Positions 1 to 14,456 are shown, counted from the first letter of the whole stretch. The stretch is DNA of 60,588 bases, filler included, from Platydemus manokwari (GCA_037951405.1; 4 parts of 4 records of this genome joined end to end with filler, not necessarily neighbours in it); one strand, 5' to 3'. Numbers and translations: made by a program. Notes: generated by a model not told the origin, from the letters alone.

Positions 1-1317
1 CATAATCGAAATGAATATACGGCAAAAAAACTCAGCTTTTTCCCACCAATGTACTGATGGATTTGGTTGGAAAACATAAATAAAATTAGAATAATAAAGA
101 GAAATAAATATTAAAAATAAATAAATATGCATAAAAATTTATAAATAATGTTGAAATCATTCGAAATACAATAAAATTAGTAAATAAACAATAAATGCAG
201 AAGTAAAATAAATATTAATATAATATAAATTAATATTGTAATATAAACAAGTAACAATTACACGATGATGAGGACAATTTTATTAATGTCATTACAATTA
301 AATAATATAAATAGAAGAGATTGTAAGATGAAAACTACCAGTTAAAAAAAAGAAGAAAGTGCAAAACGTAACTTTTTCCTCAAGAGAAATTAAAAATAAA
401 TCAAAAACCAGAATCGAAGTCCACGTATGATAATTTTCCTTCTATAGTGTATTATAGTGAATTTACTTGCAAGATTCAGGAGCTGTAATTTTATAAAATA
501 GAATGCCATAGAATTATTTGAGATTGTATTTGTAAACTCGAAGTAAATTAATTTTGCTTTGGGACTAGATCCATTTGATTTGATTCAGCTTTATTAGGGG
601 ATCGGGCCCTACGATATTATAAATAAAAATGTGAGGAATATATCTATTGCTTATTGGAGTGAAATGAATAAGTGAGTCGTTGTGCTCTACATCCGATAAG
701 GAGAATAAAATATAGAAATTATGAAAAATAAATTGTACATATTTAAATAAATTTAAAGATAAAATAAAATAATAGACTTTATTAATTCTTTTATTCTGTG
801 TTTTTAAATTGTAAATTGTTCAAATTGAATATCTGATCTTTCTTATTTAGTTATTTTAAATTTTTTAATGAAAAACGATTTAGATATATGTATTTTTATT
901 ACCGGATATGTTATTGGAGTCTTTGCCGAATCGTTTGCTATTGTGACACCAAAATGATGAATAAATCATAGACACAACAGTGTCTGTCATTGAACATAAA
1001 TTACGGAAACTAAAGAATCATCACCAAGTAAACCAATACAACTTTTAATAGATAATTTAATTTAATACATGGTCATTGAAATTTAGTGATTACTTACTTC
1101 TGCATAAAATAATCAAAATTATAATTTTATGGCTAAGATGTAATATTAATAAAATTATTTGAATTTTATTTTATAATTTCAATTTTAGCCGCACGTAATT
1201 TTAAAATTAAAATTGGAATAATCTAAAAAATGATGCCGGTTAATAATATTTTAAGTTGGAATAGTCATTGAAACCTCATTTTCTCAACTATAAAGATTAC
1301 CGTAATATTCCCTAGAC

Positions 1318-1440
1318 CAGAGGTGACCAACTTTTGTTTACGTAAGATCGACTTTTCATTTGAATAACATCTTACACGATAGACTAAAATTGGCTTCATG
1401 ATCGACCAGTCGATCGCGATCGGCCGGTTGGGCACCCCTT
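1318..1440. mobile_element. hAT-superfamily MITE (~123 bp) with 8-bp target-site duplication
   Basis: Left end CAGAGGTGACCAAC; right end GTTGGGCACCCCTT (reverse complement AAGGGGTGCCCAAC). Identical 8-mer CCCTAGAC flanks both sides (1310-1317, 1441-1448). An 8-bp TSD and CAG(G/A)GGTG termini are typical of hAT elements. Confidence 0.85.
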
Positions 1441-2312
1441 CCCTAGACAATGTGCCTCATAAATAATAAGCATTCATTTTTTGGCGTGTAACATAAGAAA
1501 ATAAAAAAAATGCATGTGAATATTTATATTAGACAAACTCGACAGGATAAATCAAGAATTAATGATTTCTAAAATGGGCGTAAATCCACAATACATAAAA
1601 CTTCTGTTGCAGGCCTCTGAAGTTGGTGAAGACTTTTTAGAATTAAAATGAATTGTGAAATGTATATTTCTTTTGTCATTATTTTATGTTGTTGGCCGAT
1701 CATAATATTTCATGATAATTTTGATAGGTGCACTTGGGTAGTATCTAAATAGCAGTGGATAGGGATTGGTACAACAGTAAAAAAATAAAATTAGAAGATT
1801 TATGGCCAAATACAAAACGATGCAGGATTTTGGATACATCTAGGGAATAATACTGTATTAAAAAATTATAATTTAATGAGAAATCTAATGAGTTGATTTA
1901 ATTGACGAATAAAAATTAAATTCAATTATATTTCATTAATTCAGGGAATTAATCTACTTGTTCATATTTCTCATTAACTAGCGATTAAAACTTTTTCGAT
2001 AATGTAATTGTAATTAAATAATTTAAATATTATTTGCGGATTTCATAATAATACTGTATTAACCTATAATAATTTATTATTATTATTTTATCATAATATT
2101 AATAATATAAAATATTAGATTTATTGTTATAGTTAATTAAAATCAGAAAGTTACTCAATTCATCCTTTTATTCAAATACTAAAATTTTCATAATATTTTC
2201 AATAAATATGAATAAATAATCAAAATAAATAAATATTTATTTACTTGCTATACATATTAATAAAAATTCTCTTTTTGATTTTTTATTAAAAATCATGTTT
2301 TAAAAATCAAAT

Positions 2313-3257
2313 TCACAGCAACGATTTGAACAGATTAAGCACAAACACTCGAAAATTCCGAAATAAAATTAAATACACCAAAGGACAGATCACTGTCAGA
2401 TTAAGTGCATTAAATGGGTAATAATATAAATAATATTCATAAACCAATGGAGATACTCCATTGATCGAATACAAGAAATAAAACAATACATCTAAACACA
2501 ATATAATTGAATAACTTGAATTTGAAATGAAATTTGCCAACGTAAATCGGGTCACCAGCTTCTTTCGTGTATTTTTCATCTTATTATTATTAAAATTAAT
2601 TTTGATTTTTGAACTCTTGTACAGAAAGCATATACAAACAACGTTTAAAACAAAAGTAATCAAAACAGGTCCGACTGTAGTGGATAATAAGTATAAAAAC
2701 GATATAACTTTCGATTTAGCTATTTTGCATGAATAATTTCTCAAATTATTGTCTGCAGTACCATTAATTGTTGTTACTATGATTATTTCAACATCGATGC
2801 TTGGCAACAACGCAAGAAATCCGAATATAAAGGCAAACGATTCGTAAAGATAAACTTCATAGTATTTCCTCCGTTGATAGTATAAAGGAAATACAATGCA
2901 AACAAACCTGTCGATTGTCAATGCAACCATTAAGTAGATGCTCGAGTTTCCCAAAGTCCAAAATAATTGTAATCCAAACATAAAATAACAATAGAATTTC
3001 ACATAAACCACGCTGTTTGATTGAAAAATAACTTTCTCTTTGAATAATATCAGTGGAGATATTAACAAAGTTACAATATCAATAATGGTTTCTGTTTTTA
3101 TAAGGATGGTTGCGGTTCTTGAAGCAATTTTATGTTTTGAAATAAAAGTTAAAAGGATAGTATTGAGTAATACATAAACCATAAGAATTACGAATCGGGA
3201 TATTACGAAACTAAGAGAATCACCGTATGAGCTATCTATTAAAACAAACATTATCAT
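2313..3257 (-). CDS. Intronless rhodopsin-like (class A) GPCR, 314 aa, orphan
   Basis: Long ORF with seven hydrophobic segments, ALTIDRFVCIVFPLYY (DRY-like motif at the end of TM3), Cys at the top of TM3 and in ECL2, TM5 GPV proline, TM7 ICPLVY (NPxxY variant) followed by helix-8-like FRNFR. Confidence 0.85.
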   Translation of the reverse strand: MIMFVLIDSSYGDSLSFVISRFVILMVYVLLNTILLTFISKHKIASRTATILIKTETIIDIVTLLISPLILFKEKVIFQSNSVVYVKFYCYFMFGLQLFWTLGNSSIYLMVALTIDRFVCIVFPLYYQRRKYYEVYLYESFAFIFGFLALLPSIDVEIIIVTTINGTADNNLRNYSCKIAKSKVISFLYLLSTTVGPVLITFVLNVVCICFLYKSSKIKINFNNNKMKNTRKKLVTRFTLANFISNSSYSIILCLDVLFYFLYSINGVSPLVYEYYLYYYPFNALNLTVICPLVYLILFRNFRVFVLNLFKSLL

Positions 3258-5124
3258 TAATTAAAACTAAAAAATTTTGAATAAATAAAATAATTTTTAA
3301 TTGGTCACTTATTTAACCTATTAAATTAAAATAATTTTCCAGCTTTCATCTATTTGATAATCAACATATTCTCAACCAAAACCCACTGAAAAGTAAAGGC
3401 AATTAGAAATTTATGAAGAAAAATTGTTGAGTTACTGAAAAATAGTAAGGTACAAATAACAAACACAAGCACACAAACATGATGTGAACTTGAGAGAACA
3501 GACTCGTAATATAAAATCTATTTTAACAGACAGGACAAAACTTTTACACACACCCTGATATATATTGAGTTGTCTATGTTGTTTTAATTAGTACTGTACG
3601 CAACTCAATAGCGTGAGTTCTTTAAATCTTAATTATTATTGTTTTAATTTATCAAATTAACATCTCCAAATTTCGACTAATTATTTATTCGTAATATCAA
3701 ACTTTGCACAAGTTAAATTAACTCAATTGCTTGTAGCTCAATCCAAATGCATTATGACAAATGGGTGAATTTATCTTACCGGAAATGTGCGAACACTTTC
3801 TTTATGCTTCCTATTATTTTAAATATAAAGTTTATAATACGGGTTTCAAAGGGGTAATCCTTTAGAACGGTGGTTAAATTAATTAAAATTAAAAAATTTT
3901 CATTATCGATTAAATGGTAATTATTTTTATTGCTAGAGCTTGATTAGTACCGCATTCTTATTAATTCATTGTAGTTTCAAAGTTTTCTTCTCAGTATGTT
4001 CTACTGTAAGCGTTTTATAAGAGTGGATTATGATGGAAATACGTCAGCTTATATAAATGCTGAGATTCGGTACTTTGTACCTAGGATTTTCTATCACTTT
4101 TGTAAATTTTAAACATTTTTTGTCACATTATCTATTAATTATTTATCATTTTAAAAGTGCTTTAAACTTAGAAAGTCATTAATGTGGTTGACGTTACAAA
4201 TTTAATTATATAACTTGTCAACCTTTAAAATTATTAATTAAATTCCTCATTATTCTTTACTTATTCCTGATTACTATAATCTATTTTTTAAATTGTTGTA
4301 TAAATAATAATATATATTTTATTGAAAAATTTTACAACATCAATAAAAATAATCTGATTTTTACAGGTCACATAATGCCCATATATAATCTTTTGATATT
4401 TCGAAAAGAAATATCCCACTATAAAATTCATCAATCAAAAATATCATTTTATCACACCAAATCGTTTGAAAATAATGGTATGTGCATATGTTACTTTCGG
4501 GCCTTATTGATTTTTTTTGTTTAACTAAGCTTAATCCTATTTGATATCACTACTGTCTTAATCAGTCTCTATGAGCTCTTAATTAAGTCCACGGGTGTAA
4601 TCTACCTTATGTTGATGTTTCTTCACCTCGTTCAGCCTTATTGTATGAAGACAGTAGGTGTGGCAGTAGCAAAATATTTTACTTAACCTGACTATCAGTC
4701 TCAAATTTTATGAAATTATAACCATTTAAAACTATTATCTATGTTAATAACAATGAATAACAATTTGACAATCCCTATATGAATAATAACTAAGATTTAT
4801 TATTACAAATATTTATTAAGAATGAACATCAATACAACAACTGGTTAAAAATAACCATATAAAATTACAATGGATTTTAAAACTACACTATAAATCAAAT
4901 TATAAAGGACCTTTCAACTTCCAAAAAAAGAACGGTAACTATCTCCAACTCGAGGAGTAGAACTTTTACCTTCAAGAATTTAGAGCGAAAACTTTATAAT
5001 ATGAAATACAAGATAAGGTATATAATAGATCAGTATTTTACAGGTATTATTCATACTTCGGTCTTCCAGTAAAATATCGGACATATACAGGAGTATTGGT
5101 TTTCTGCACCAGATGATTTTCCAC

Positions 5125-5520
5125 AATGTGTCGAATTTAAATTTAAATTTTTTTTCAATTGATGTAGCGTATGAAATTGTCGTTAGTGAAATTTTGATTG
5201 CGAAAAATAATGGCGGAAAATAATGTCAGTGTTGATTGTGATTACTGCCTTATATCGACAGTGTGAATCACTCGCTGATATTCTCCGCGATTAAATCTAG
5301 TGCCAGTGAATTTATTCACTGGTGAGGGAAATTCTCTCTGAATATATTTATTAGACAGAGAAAATATCTCTTGGTGAAATTTAATCGAGTGATTATTTTA
5401 TTCTGTGATAGAATTTTCATGCGCAAAAATAGATGACAATTTATTTGTCTCTGTTAATGCTCGATATCTTATTGCATATTGACATTTTATAAATTAATTA
5501 ATTTTTTAGGGAATTTCGAC
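5125..5520. repeat. Palindrome-rich element, possibly a MITE or foldback
   Basis: Perfect hairpin CCAGTGAA-TTTA-TTCACTGG (~5304-5323), nested inverted pairs AATCACTCG/CGAGTGATT and GATTAAAT/ATTTAATC, and GTCGAA.../...TTCGAC near the ends. No TSD found. Confidence 0.35.
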
Positions 5521-8500
5521 GGGTTTGCTATTGGTGATTTTAATGGTATTATTATTTTACGCATATATAAATAATAATTATTATAAATATCAATATTTTA
5601 AACAAGTTTTTGCCCAAAAAATCCAAGAATTGTAAAAACATAAAATACATGCTGATTAAATAAAAATTGATACAATAAAAATTAATGCATATTTCATACG
5701 TATTGTCATGCAAATGTATACACATATTTTTCAATGTAAATTAATTGTTTGAAGTAACTTGTTGAGCCGGAACCCCAACATATTAATTTACTGAACCAAT
5801 TGTTACAAATATTTTATCAAACTATCGAATTTAACATGGAATTTATTAAAAATAGATAGTGCATATATATATGAAAAGTTTATCCACAAATAGTTAACAA
5901 AAAAATAATATCCATATACACATGTGCTAATTCGATATGAATTCGAATATTAATGTAATACACAGTTACAATAATAAGTTATTCAAAACCCTACGCATTT
6001 CAAATTAATCAGGGTAAAATGCCTGTAAAAATTTAGCTCTTGCTTGTTTCTGTGCATCATTATATTTAAACAATTCTAATATTAAAATCAAGATTATATT
6101 TTTAATATTTTTTATGAACTTTTATGAACAACGAATGTTAAAATTTAGAAATTAAAGATAGATTTGGAAAAACAAATATTTTTCTATTATTATTGTTTTA
6201 TTTATTATTTTTCCAAAATTAAAATACTCTTACATAAAATAAAGTTTATCACGAAAATTATTTTAAAAATGTATAAAATATGTTTTGTTATTTTTTAAGT
6301 GTAATTTTTTATTTTCTTTATATAAATAATGACCGTTAATAAATATACATTTATTGATGTATTGTTTGATTATATTTTGATTATATTTATAAATGAGTGC
6401 TATATTTTATTAAATTAAGAAGTGCTTTAACTTAACGGCTGGGTTCTAAATACCTAATCCAGATACACACGTAGTTAAAACAAATACGTCTTTCTAATTT
6501 AGATATATTTTAAGTACACTTTACACCAGATATCAATATTACAAGGACACGTGTCTCAATTAATCTATATTTATAAAACGAGGACCATGTTCAGATAGTC
6601 CTTTAGGATAATTCAACTCAGGATTTACACTTTACTAATTACAGCATTACTTATACATTAATACCTCCACAGAATACTTTACTCCCGTATCTTTGTTGCA
6701 GAATTAACTATTTAAATCACAATAATATTACCTGTTAGTGTCTTCTTGTTGAATGGAAAAAAAGAGTTATCGTGCTCTTTATATATTTATTTTGAAGATG
6801 CACATCCCTTTTGTATGTATATTGTTGTTCAACAATGAAATAATAGTTGAACAATATTTTTTTGCCAATATTAAAAACCAGAATTGATTAATTACAGTAT
6901 CATCATTTGGAAAAGATATTTAACTCATATTTGGATACCTTTTTATAAGTCATGTTTTATAAAAATATTTGAACACTTGATCCATCTTAGTGGGATTCTT
7001 CACGTTTCTTTAGTACTTCTCAACAGTTATTATAAAATCTTTTTGCGGTTACAATCATATATCTGTATTGTTCGGCTGAAAGCATATTTCTTTTACTTTA
7101 TTCTGGTATAACCCAGAGTTACAGTTCATTTGATTATTTAATCCAATGCAATAATTTTTTACTTTAAAAATAAATGATGTTTAATAAAATTATTCCTATC
7201 AAACAAATTACTAGTACATTATAGAAAATCAATAAAATTACATGATTGATTTCAGTATATTATGACATTGAAGAATGCATAAAATGAAATATTGATAATC
7301 TCTAATTAAAAATACTTTAAAAAATTATACAAAATTATAATGTGACATACAAGTTTGATTGTCATAATAATAATAAAAAATATTAATAATTTGTCAACAA
7401 TTTGTTTCGGATATATTTATTTAAAAAATGATGATTATAATTTCATGAATTACTGATCAATAATCCATAAACATTCAATGGACTCAAAATTATTGACTAA
7501 TATGATCTTGAATAGTTTTAAATCAATCGATAATTGTTTATATGAAATAAGAAAGGGAAATTATTGATATTTTCATCGGTTATGTTATTATTTTCATCAA
7601 CGCTAGTATCAATTTGTAAATAATTGCTGATATAATCGTCAATAACTCCCCATAGGCGTTGAAATAAATGGACAAGAAATAACATTTGAATTATCTGTCA
7701 AGAAAATTAATGAATAATTGATTGATAAAATTACTTATTTATAATCAGGTGATTGCGTAATAAATGAGGAATTATTTTTTCCTTATTTTTAAATCTAATA
7801 TTTAATGCAGCTTTTCGATACTGGAAATTTAATGTAACATATAAAGAATAAAAAAAAATCTGATACTGCAGAAAACAATTTTCATGGTATATTTTTGTAA
7901 AATAATTTCGTTCCAAATATATTTAGATCAATTATATTTACATGGGTACTTGGTATACTTCTGATTTTATAACAATAATGATAATTACTATTATCAGCAA
8001 CTTTAAGAAATATCCGAGACTTATCAGTTTTCCGAGGCCCTAATGGCCCGCGGGGTAGAAATAGAGCTTAATGTTTGTTTCATATTCATATATGAAGATG
8101 AGATGAAAAGCAACGAACATTGCGTTATTTGGATTGATTTTATTATTATTTTAGATTTTATTCTGAAGTCACAGTTTTCTTCTATCAAAAGATGGTCAAA
8201 TGATAATGAGGATGATACTGTTATCAAATGTGAGATTCATTTTTATGGCACCTGCCAATTGCATTATCAAAGCAATTTTTATTGCAGATGTTCGGTTTTG
8301 GGGTCAGTCTCTATTTTTATATTGTATTTCAATGTTATTTTGATTTGATTGGTGAATGTCAGAGTCTTATCAGTCTCACGGAGTTCTTATAACTCCAAGT
8401 ATCGAATGAACCTATTGTTTTATGATCTTCCATCGCCTTGATCGTATCAATCCTCTTATAAAGACGGGATGAACGGCTCAATGATATTGATTTTAAGTTT

Positions 8501-10989
8501 ATCAGTCTCAAATTATTATATTTATTATTTTTACTTGCCTCTTTACACAATTCTAAAAAGGTGGTGAATTGACAATGAAATGATTCTTTATAAATAATGA
8601 AATGACGCTTAGGACACTCGCCAAATTAAAACCCAACTCGTTGGCATTTATAAAATTTTGTTATTATAAAATTACAAATAAAAATGGCTACTTTTACACG
8701 ACTAATTGTGCTACTTTGATTATTAAATATGAACAATACTTGTATACACTTAAACGGCAAAAGAGTTTAGACACAATTTTGGACAAATCTGCGGTTAACA
8801 ATGCTCCCAAGAGGAGTAGAACCGATTACTCAAGATAGAAAGAATATACACTTTTGGATATAAATTATCGATGATTTTACAATTACAGTATCTTACTCGC
8901 TTTTCGGTATACGATCAATCGATTCGAATATCAATATTTAAATTGATCTTTCAGATGAACTGGGGATATAAATGTCACAAGGGAAATTGACTTGTCTGTC
9001 TTCGGCAACGAATTCGAATAGTTGATCACGGGCACACTAAGCTACTGGTTTCTAATAATGGAGCCTTTTGGTGTAACAGGCGGGTGTGTGGTTACTGATT
9101 TTAAGGACATATTTATATGAATTTTTATTGGGACTGAATTTCGTTTAAAATGCGGGTTCTTTTCATTTTAATTCCAGTGAATTTCTTTTCAGTGAGGGTT
9201 GTTATTGTAAAGAGCCGGTAGAAATTAATGTTCATTATATTTTTATAAAAGGGAATTATTTTGATTGATATTCGTCTTGTTGCCAGCCAATTCCACTTTT
9301 TTTTAAGTTGGGGTAATTTATTTTATAAGGGTATTTTGAATATTTAGCTATTTTAAAATAAGGGTAATTTTTAATTGTTGGGTTAAATATTGGGTTAATC
9401 TTTGGGTTAAATTATATATTTTAGTAATCAGCTCTAAATTATAACTTTAATTTTATTTTTAAATTTATTTCATTTTATGTTCTACTTTATTATATTCCTT
9501 TATTACATTAACTTTTAAAGAACTTGTCCAGAATAAAAATGAATAAAAAGTAAAAAGATATTATTAATAATAAAGATTAATACTAGTATACACCGAATAC
9601 AATAACTATAATAATTTCATGCACAGAAAAGAAAATTAAATGTCATTGTTCCAAAAACCCAACACAGAATACACTTTTATTAATATAAATTTATGACTAA
9701 CTTCAAATTAGGTTTATTTTATGATTAGACATTGAAACGACAAGAGCACAACACACAATTTCTGGAAGATCGCAATGAATAATCTCCACAGGGAGTAAAG
9801 CTGAATCACAAGACATTTGAGATCAAACCGATAAACAGAGAGAATATACAAACAAGTTATGTATAGCAATTTGAGAAAGGAGAATTTTCTTCAAGAACAA
9901 TTAATTTTCTTAATTAATCAGCAATATTGACCTTCCAGTACATATTTTGGGGTATATTTCCTGATTAGAAGTATCACAAATGTCATATCACAGTACGTTG
10001 GTAATTTGCCTTTGGACTACTTTCCAGTGGTCTATTGGCAACCCGTTGTTGTTTTGCTAAACTCTTTATATTATTTTGGTCCTGATTGGCCCTTATTATT
10101 TTCTTCTTGCGTATTAATTTTAAATTTTAAATTTTTATACAAAAACTGGTTTTATTTATTCTAAAAAAATGTGAATTTTTCGTTGTGGATTTTTTCCGTG
10201 CAAATAAAAATAATGGCGCTTTTGCTGACATGCAGGCTTTGTGACCATTTTTGATTAGAAGTTAATTTCCTTATTCAGCTGAAGAGGATTATAATTTTCA
10301 TTATATTCCAGTAAATTTTACATTCTTCTCAGTTTTTATGTGAATATTTTAAATTAATTTATTGTTTATTTAATATTTTACATAATATTATGCGTATCAA
10401 ACTATATATTACCATTATTTTGAAACTCACCAACCTTCAGATAAAATAATACAACTGAAAAATATATTAAACAAATAAGGATTTACAATCGTATCAGATT
10501 TCACAGAAAGAAACTTCACATAAAAATTGCATGTATTGTTACTAACAAGTGTTCTTCTTTCTCATAACTCGAATCTTACAGGCAGGCTTGGAAAAGCGCG
10601 TTCACACGAGCTTTTTTCTTTGCCGGTTTATAGGATTTCAGTGTGGACCCACTCAATCTGTTCCCATCAAGACGGAGATTCTCATGATATGGCTTTTCTA
10701 TTTCTCATTTTATCGCTGAATCAACTGGGCCTAAGGATTCAAATTTGACTCGGCTATTATTTAATTTGGATCTCATTCAAAAATGATTCCAAGTATTTTA
10801 CGATCTTCCCTTTCTCCCTATTTTGCTAAAAATTGCTTGAATGTAGTTTCTATGTCATCGAGAGAACACATCATTTATATATTATTATTCGTTTGCAAAC
10901 TTTGCATCTCCTAGACCATCGATTCATTCGATGCAGTTGTTTCGTTGCCATTATTATATTCTTCATGATTGATTATTATTCTATTTGCT

Positions 10990-11340
10990 TTTTGTTTACA
11001 AAAACTGACAAATTTTTTTGCTGCATTTATTTATGTTGTTCTACTAATTCGTCTGTTTGTGGGCTGTAGGAAGATGTAATGATTTTTATAATTCTAAAAA
11101 GTTTGGTGACATCTTTAATTGTGTTGCTCATGAAATCTTGTGCGTATCAGTCTAGAATTTGCTGGGTACTCTGTATTGGAAGATTATTTCTTCTACTAGT
11201 AATTCGGTTATCATTTCCCTTTTATTATTTCTGCCTTGGAAAGCTAAAGAAAATTTTGTAAAATAATTGCAAAAGGCAAATTTTCATTTATTTCAGTTTT
11301 TCGATATCAGTAAAGGTCCCATGACATCCATAGCAAAATT
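10990..11340 (-). mobile_element. Decayed Gypsy/Ty3 LTR-retrotransposon integrase core
   Basis: Minus-strand frames read FAMDVMGPL...FCNYFTK, LVEEIIFQYRVP and IITSSYSPQTDELVEQ, matching rve consensus motifs DIVGPL/DYFTK/YHPQTNGLVER. Broken by stops and frameshifts. Confidence 0.7.
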
Positions 11341-11859
11341 ATATCTATATATTAAATACCTTCGAATGAAGATTTATATCAAGAATATTCATATTTTTTT
11401 TGCTTATTAAATCAATTAAAAGTTTTGTGAAAATTAAAATCAATGTGAAACATGTCTTCATAAAGAACAAGTTGATTATCAAAACCAAACCAAAGATATC
11501 AAAAAGATTCACAATTTCATTTCAATTCAACGATGGTATGGAGTGATACAATCAAGGTTTGCATTGATTCATTGAGATCATGTAACTCATGTGTCTTCAT
11601 TTAATTTTAACAACGAGGGCGATAAATATAAATATAAAATTGCTTAAATTTTAGGTCGTTAACGGATAGTGAGAATTTTAGAAAAAGTAATAAAATCGAT
11701 GAAAATCGAAACATATTCTAGAAGATTAAAGTAAAATTATTCAAATTGCTAAATAATAATGAGGGTTACTACTATTTAATTTTAAGTGAAGAAGATTGAA
11801 TGAAATGATATCTTCAAGATAAACAGTTTTTTTAATCAAATTCGAAAGGTGAATTCAAC

Positions 11860-12400
11860 TAGATAAATCCAAATGGCCCAGTATCAGATCTGTCCTTACG
11901 AATAGATCTCTTTTGATCAAAATTATGTAGAGCTAATTTATTTGCTTTTGAAATCTGTATATCATCATTATCAGAGTAATTCCATACAGCATCTTGATGG
12001 TTATCTTGATTGTTAGAAACATTTCTTAAAATAAATCCACATTTCTCTTAATTTCTTCTTTTCGAATTCCTTTGTTTTTAATAACAATATCTCAACATTT
12101 TACATGATAACATTTGGATATTATAGCAATCCATTCTGTTAAAATCTGTCCATTTAATTCATCTTTATATTTTATTAATTATAATGTACAAATAATTACT
12201 CTCAATGATTTGCTCTACTAGGTTTTAATTTTACTCCGATAAATCGTTATTTATGTCTTGATAAATGTCTTATGTATTAAAGTTTAATATGTAACTTTCT
12301 GTATCAATTAAAAAACTTCAATATTTTCTGATTAGCCAGCCATAGACACTTTATGTTTAGGTTTAATAACGTGAAATGAAATTCATGCAATAATAATTTA
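11860..12400 (-). mobile_element. Decayed Polinton/Maverick protein-primed DNA polymerase B, C-terminal part
   Basis: Minus strand: KLALHNFDQKRSIRKDRSDTGPFGF* (resembles pPolB C-terminal KxALSxxDDKR...TLPxG), LTEWIAIISKCY (EFVGLRPKxY-like) and SVYG (motif-B-like). Confidence 0.55.
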
Positions 12401-12799
12401 CTTAACTCTAAAATAAAAATTCCTAAATAAACTGGTTTATTTAATTTTACTTGTTCTTTATGACAATGTATTGCAAATAAATTTTCACTAAATCTAGTAA
12501 ATATTTTATAATATGGTTTTTGTATTTTTTTTCTTGATTTAACTGGATCTGTAACTGTAATTTTATATTTATTGATTGTTCCAAAATATACTAAGAAAAC
12601 ATTGTATATATTATCGAGTCCATGACCATAATAATAGCATATGTTGAATCAGAAACAATACCATTTTTCTTCGGATATTGTTGATGTTTTTGTTATTAAA
12701 ATTACTCTTTGTATCAATTGACGATGAAATAATCAAATAAATGCTCAAGTTTATCAAAAAACAATAAACTAGTCGGCTGTCAATTATGAAACATTAATT

Positions 12800-13130
12800 T
12801 TTAAATATTTTTTGGACGAAGAATTAATATGTATAGATTACGACTAAATAATGAACCAAGCCATCATGACCAGATCATCAAAGAAACAGAAAACACGCTT
12901 AAAACAGTAACCATAAACTTAAATAAATTCGATGCTTAAAAGAGGTTGTAGAATTTTCCCAGTTGAAGAAAAACTTTTGGTGAAGAAGAACCACACAAGA
13001 TAAAGCAGAAAGGCCATCGTCATGAAGGTCCTCACAGAATTTTGAAATTTTTAATATTCCAGGGACAGCCAAAACCTCGAAGAATTAAGTGGCTAAAAGG
13101 ATCTCATAAACAACGAGAGAGGGAAGTTAG
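12800..13130 (+). mobile_element. Possible Gypsy integrase C-terminal (GPY/F) remnant
   Basis: Plus-strand frame ...KQKGHRHEGPHRILKF resembles the GPY/F motif; otherwise highly degenerate. Confidence 0.3.
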
Positions 13131-13479
13131 AAAAAAATAAGATTTGTTTTCATTTTAAAATAAATAAAATATTGATGGAAACAATTGATGTTTTACTCAT
13201 AGTCTTCTACATTTTCCTCATCTTTGATAACCTTTTGTCCAATTTCAAAGAGTATTAAAAATTATTTGGAATTTAATATTTGAAGGAGTCCAAAATTTCA
13301 TTAGATTCATCCGTAAAATGAGAAATTATATTTTTAGCTGGTTTAGATGTTTAATAAATCTTATGAGTTGTATTAACATTTACCATACTAGTATTGAAAA
13401 GTTCCGTCCTTTAGTAATTGTCTTATTAATTTAGTTATTCATTTCAACGCTTCTTCAATTTCTTTATTATCTAAATAAG

Positions 13480-13990
13480 CTTCATATTTTCCATTATGTT
13501 TTTTAGATCTTTCGTGAGATTTAAAACTTGCTTTGTCTTTAAATGTTAAATTACAGATTTCACATTTTATGTGGCTCATTTACATTTTCATAAAATCTTA
13601 TATTTTTTATGATTAAAACCTTCCTAATTTATCTAAAGGTATTCCAATTCTAATTTTTACAACTTCAAACATAAATTATAACTAAATAAAATAAAAAAGG
13701 AAACTCAAGTAATTCATCCTGGTAAATACATTAGGTACAGCATTAGACTAGTTTGGGATGGAAACGATAAATTTAAATATCGATTAAAATATTAATTATC
13801 TTTGAAATTAAAATAATAGAAATTAGAAAAAGTTTTAGAAGCATTAATTTATTCATTAGTTGATTATATTAAGTTACCATTTGAAAGAAAGCGAATTTGA
13901 ATACTAAGAATTATGACAATAAGTGTTTTAAGTGGTCTATTCTAGGTTATCTACATTCAGTTAAAAAAAATATAACCCAAATAGAGTATA
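13480..13990. mobile_element. Polinton-like debris: C2H2 zinc finger (minus) and pPolB N-terminal motif (plus)
   Basis: Minus ~13490-13579: MSHIKCEICNLTFKDKASFKSHERSKKH. Plus ~13862-13975: DYIKLPF...NTKNYDNKCFKWSILGYLH (frameshifted), matching the YIxLP...NxDNKCFxWSIL motif at the N-terminus of Polinton polymerases. Confidence 0.6.
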
Positions 13991-14456
13991 ATGATATAAA
14001 CCACTTAAAAACGAAATAAATTTATAATTTTAATTAGTTTAGAATGAAATATAAAATTTAAATATAATAATGAATTTAAAGTAAATATGAGATTGATGTA
14101 AATAAAAACTGTCGCATATGCTTTGAAATCGTCTTTTATCATGGACGCTGTAATTTATTACATTAACAGCTATATTATTTATAATGCATTAACATGTGTG
14201 CATCGTCTATTTAAATGGTATTTTATAATAAATGTGTTAAGCAATATTAAGAGATATGAAGCAATGAGAATTTTAAAGCTTATGCGAAGCCAAGATTAAG
14301 AAATGTAGAATACTTACAGTTTCACTTCTTTATGTGTTGATTTACTGTAAGTGACTGTGATCAAATAAGCTAAATTCCTATATTAAAAATCCCATTACAT
14401 CTTTAGACTTACTGTTCTTTGAATAATCATTTTAATCGAATTAGTTTTAAATTTTA

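Noticed and set aside
8000-8520. Recurring TTATCAGT(C/T)T motif as CRISPR-like or hammerhead repeats
   Set aside because: Only three short, irregularly spaced copies, with no CTGATGA...GAAA core or stems; eukaryotic context.
9641-9991. TG...CA-bounded segment as a solo LTR
   Set aside because: Short, no TSD, and the termini could be chance.
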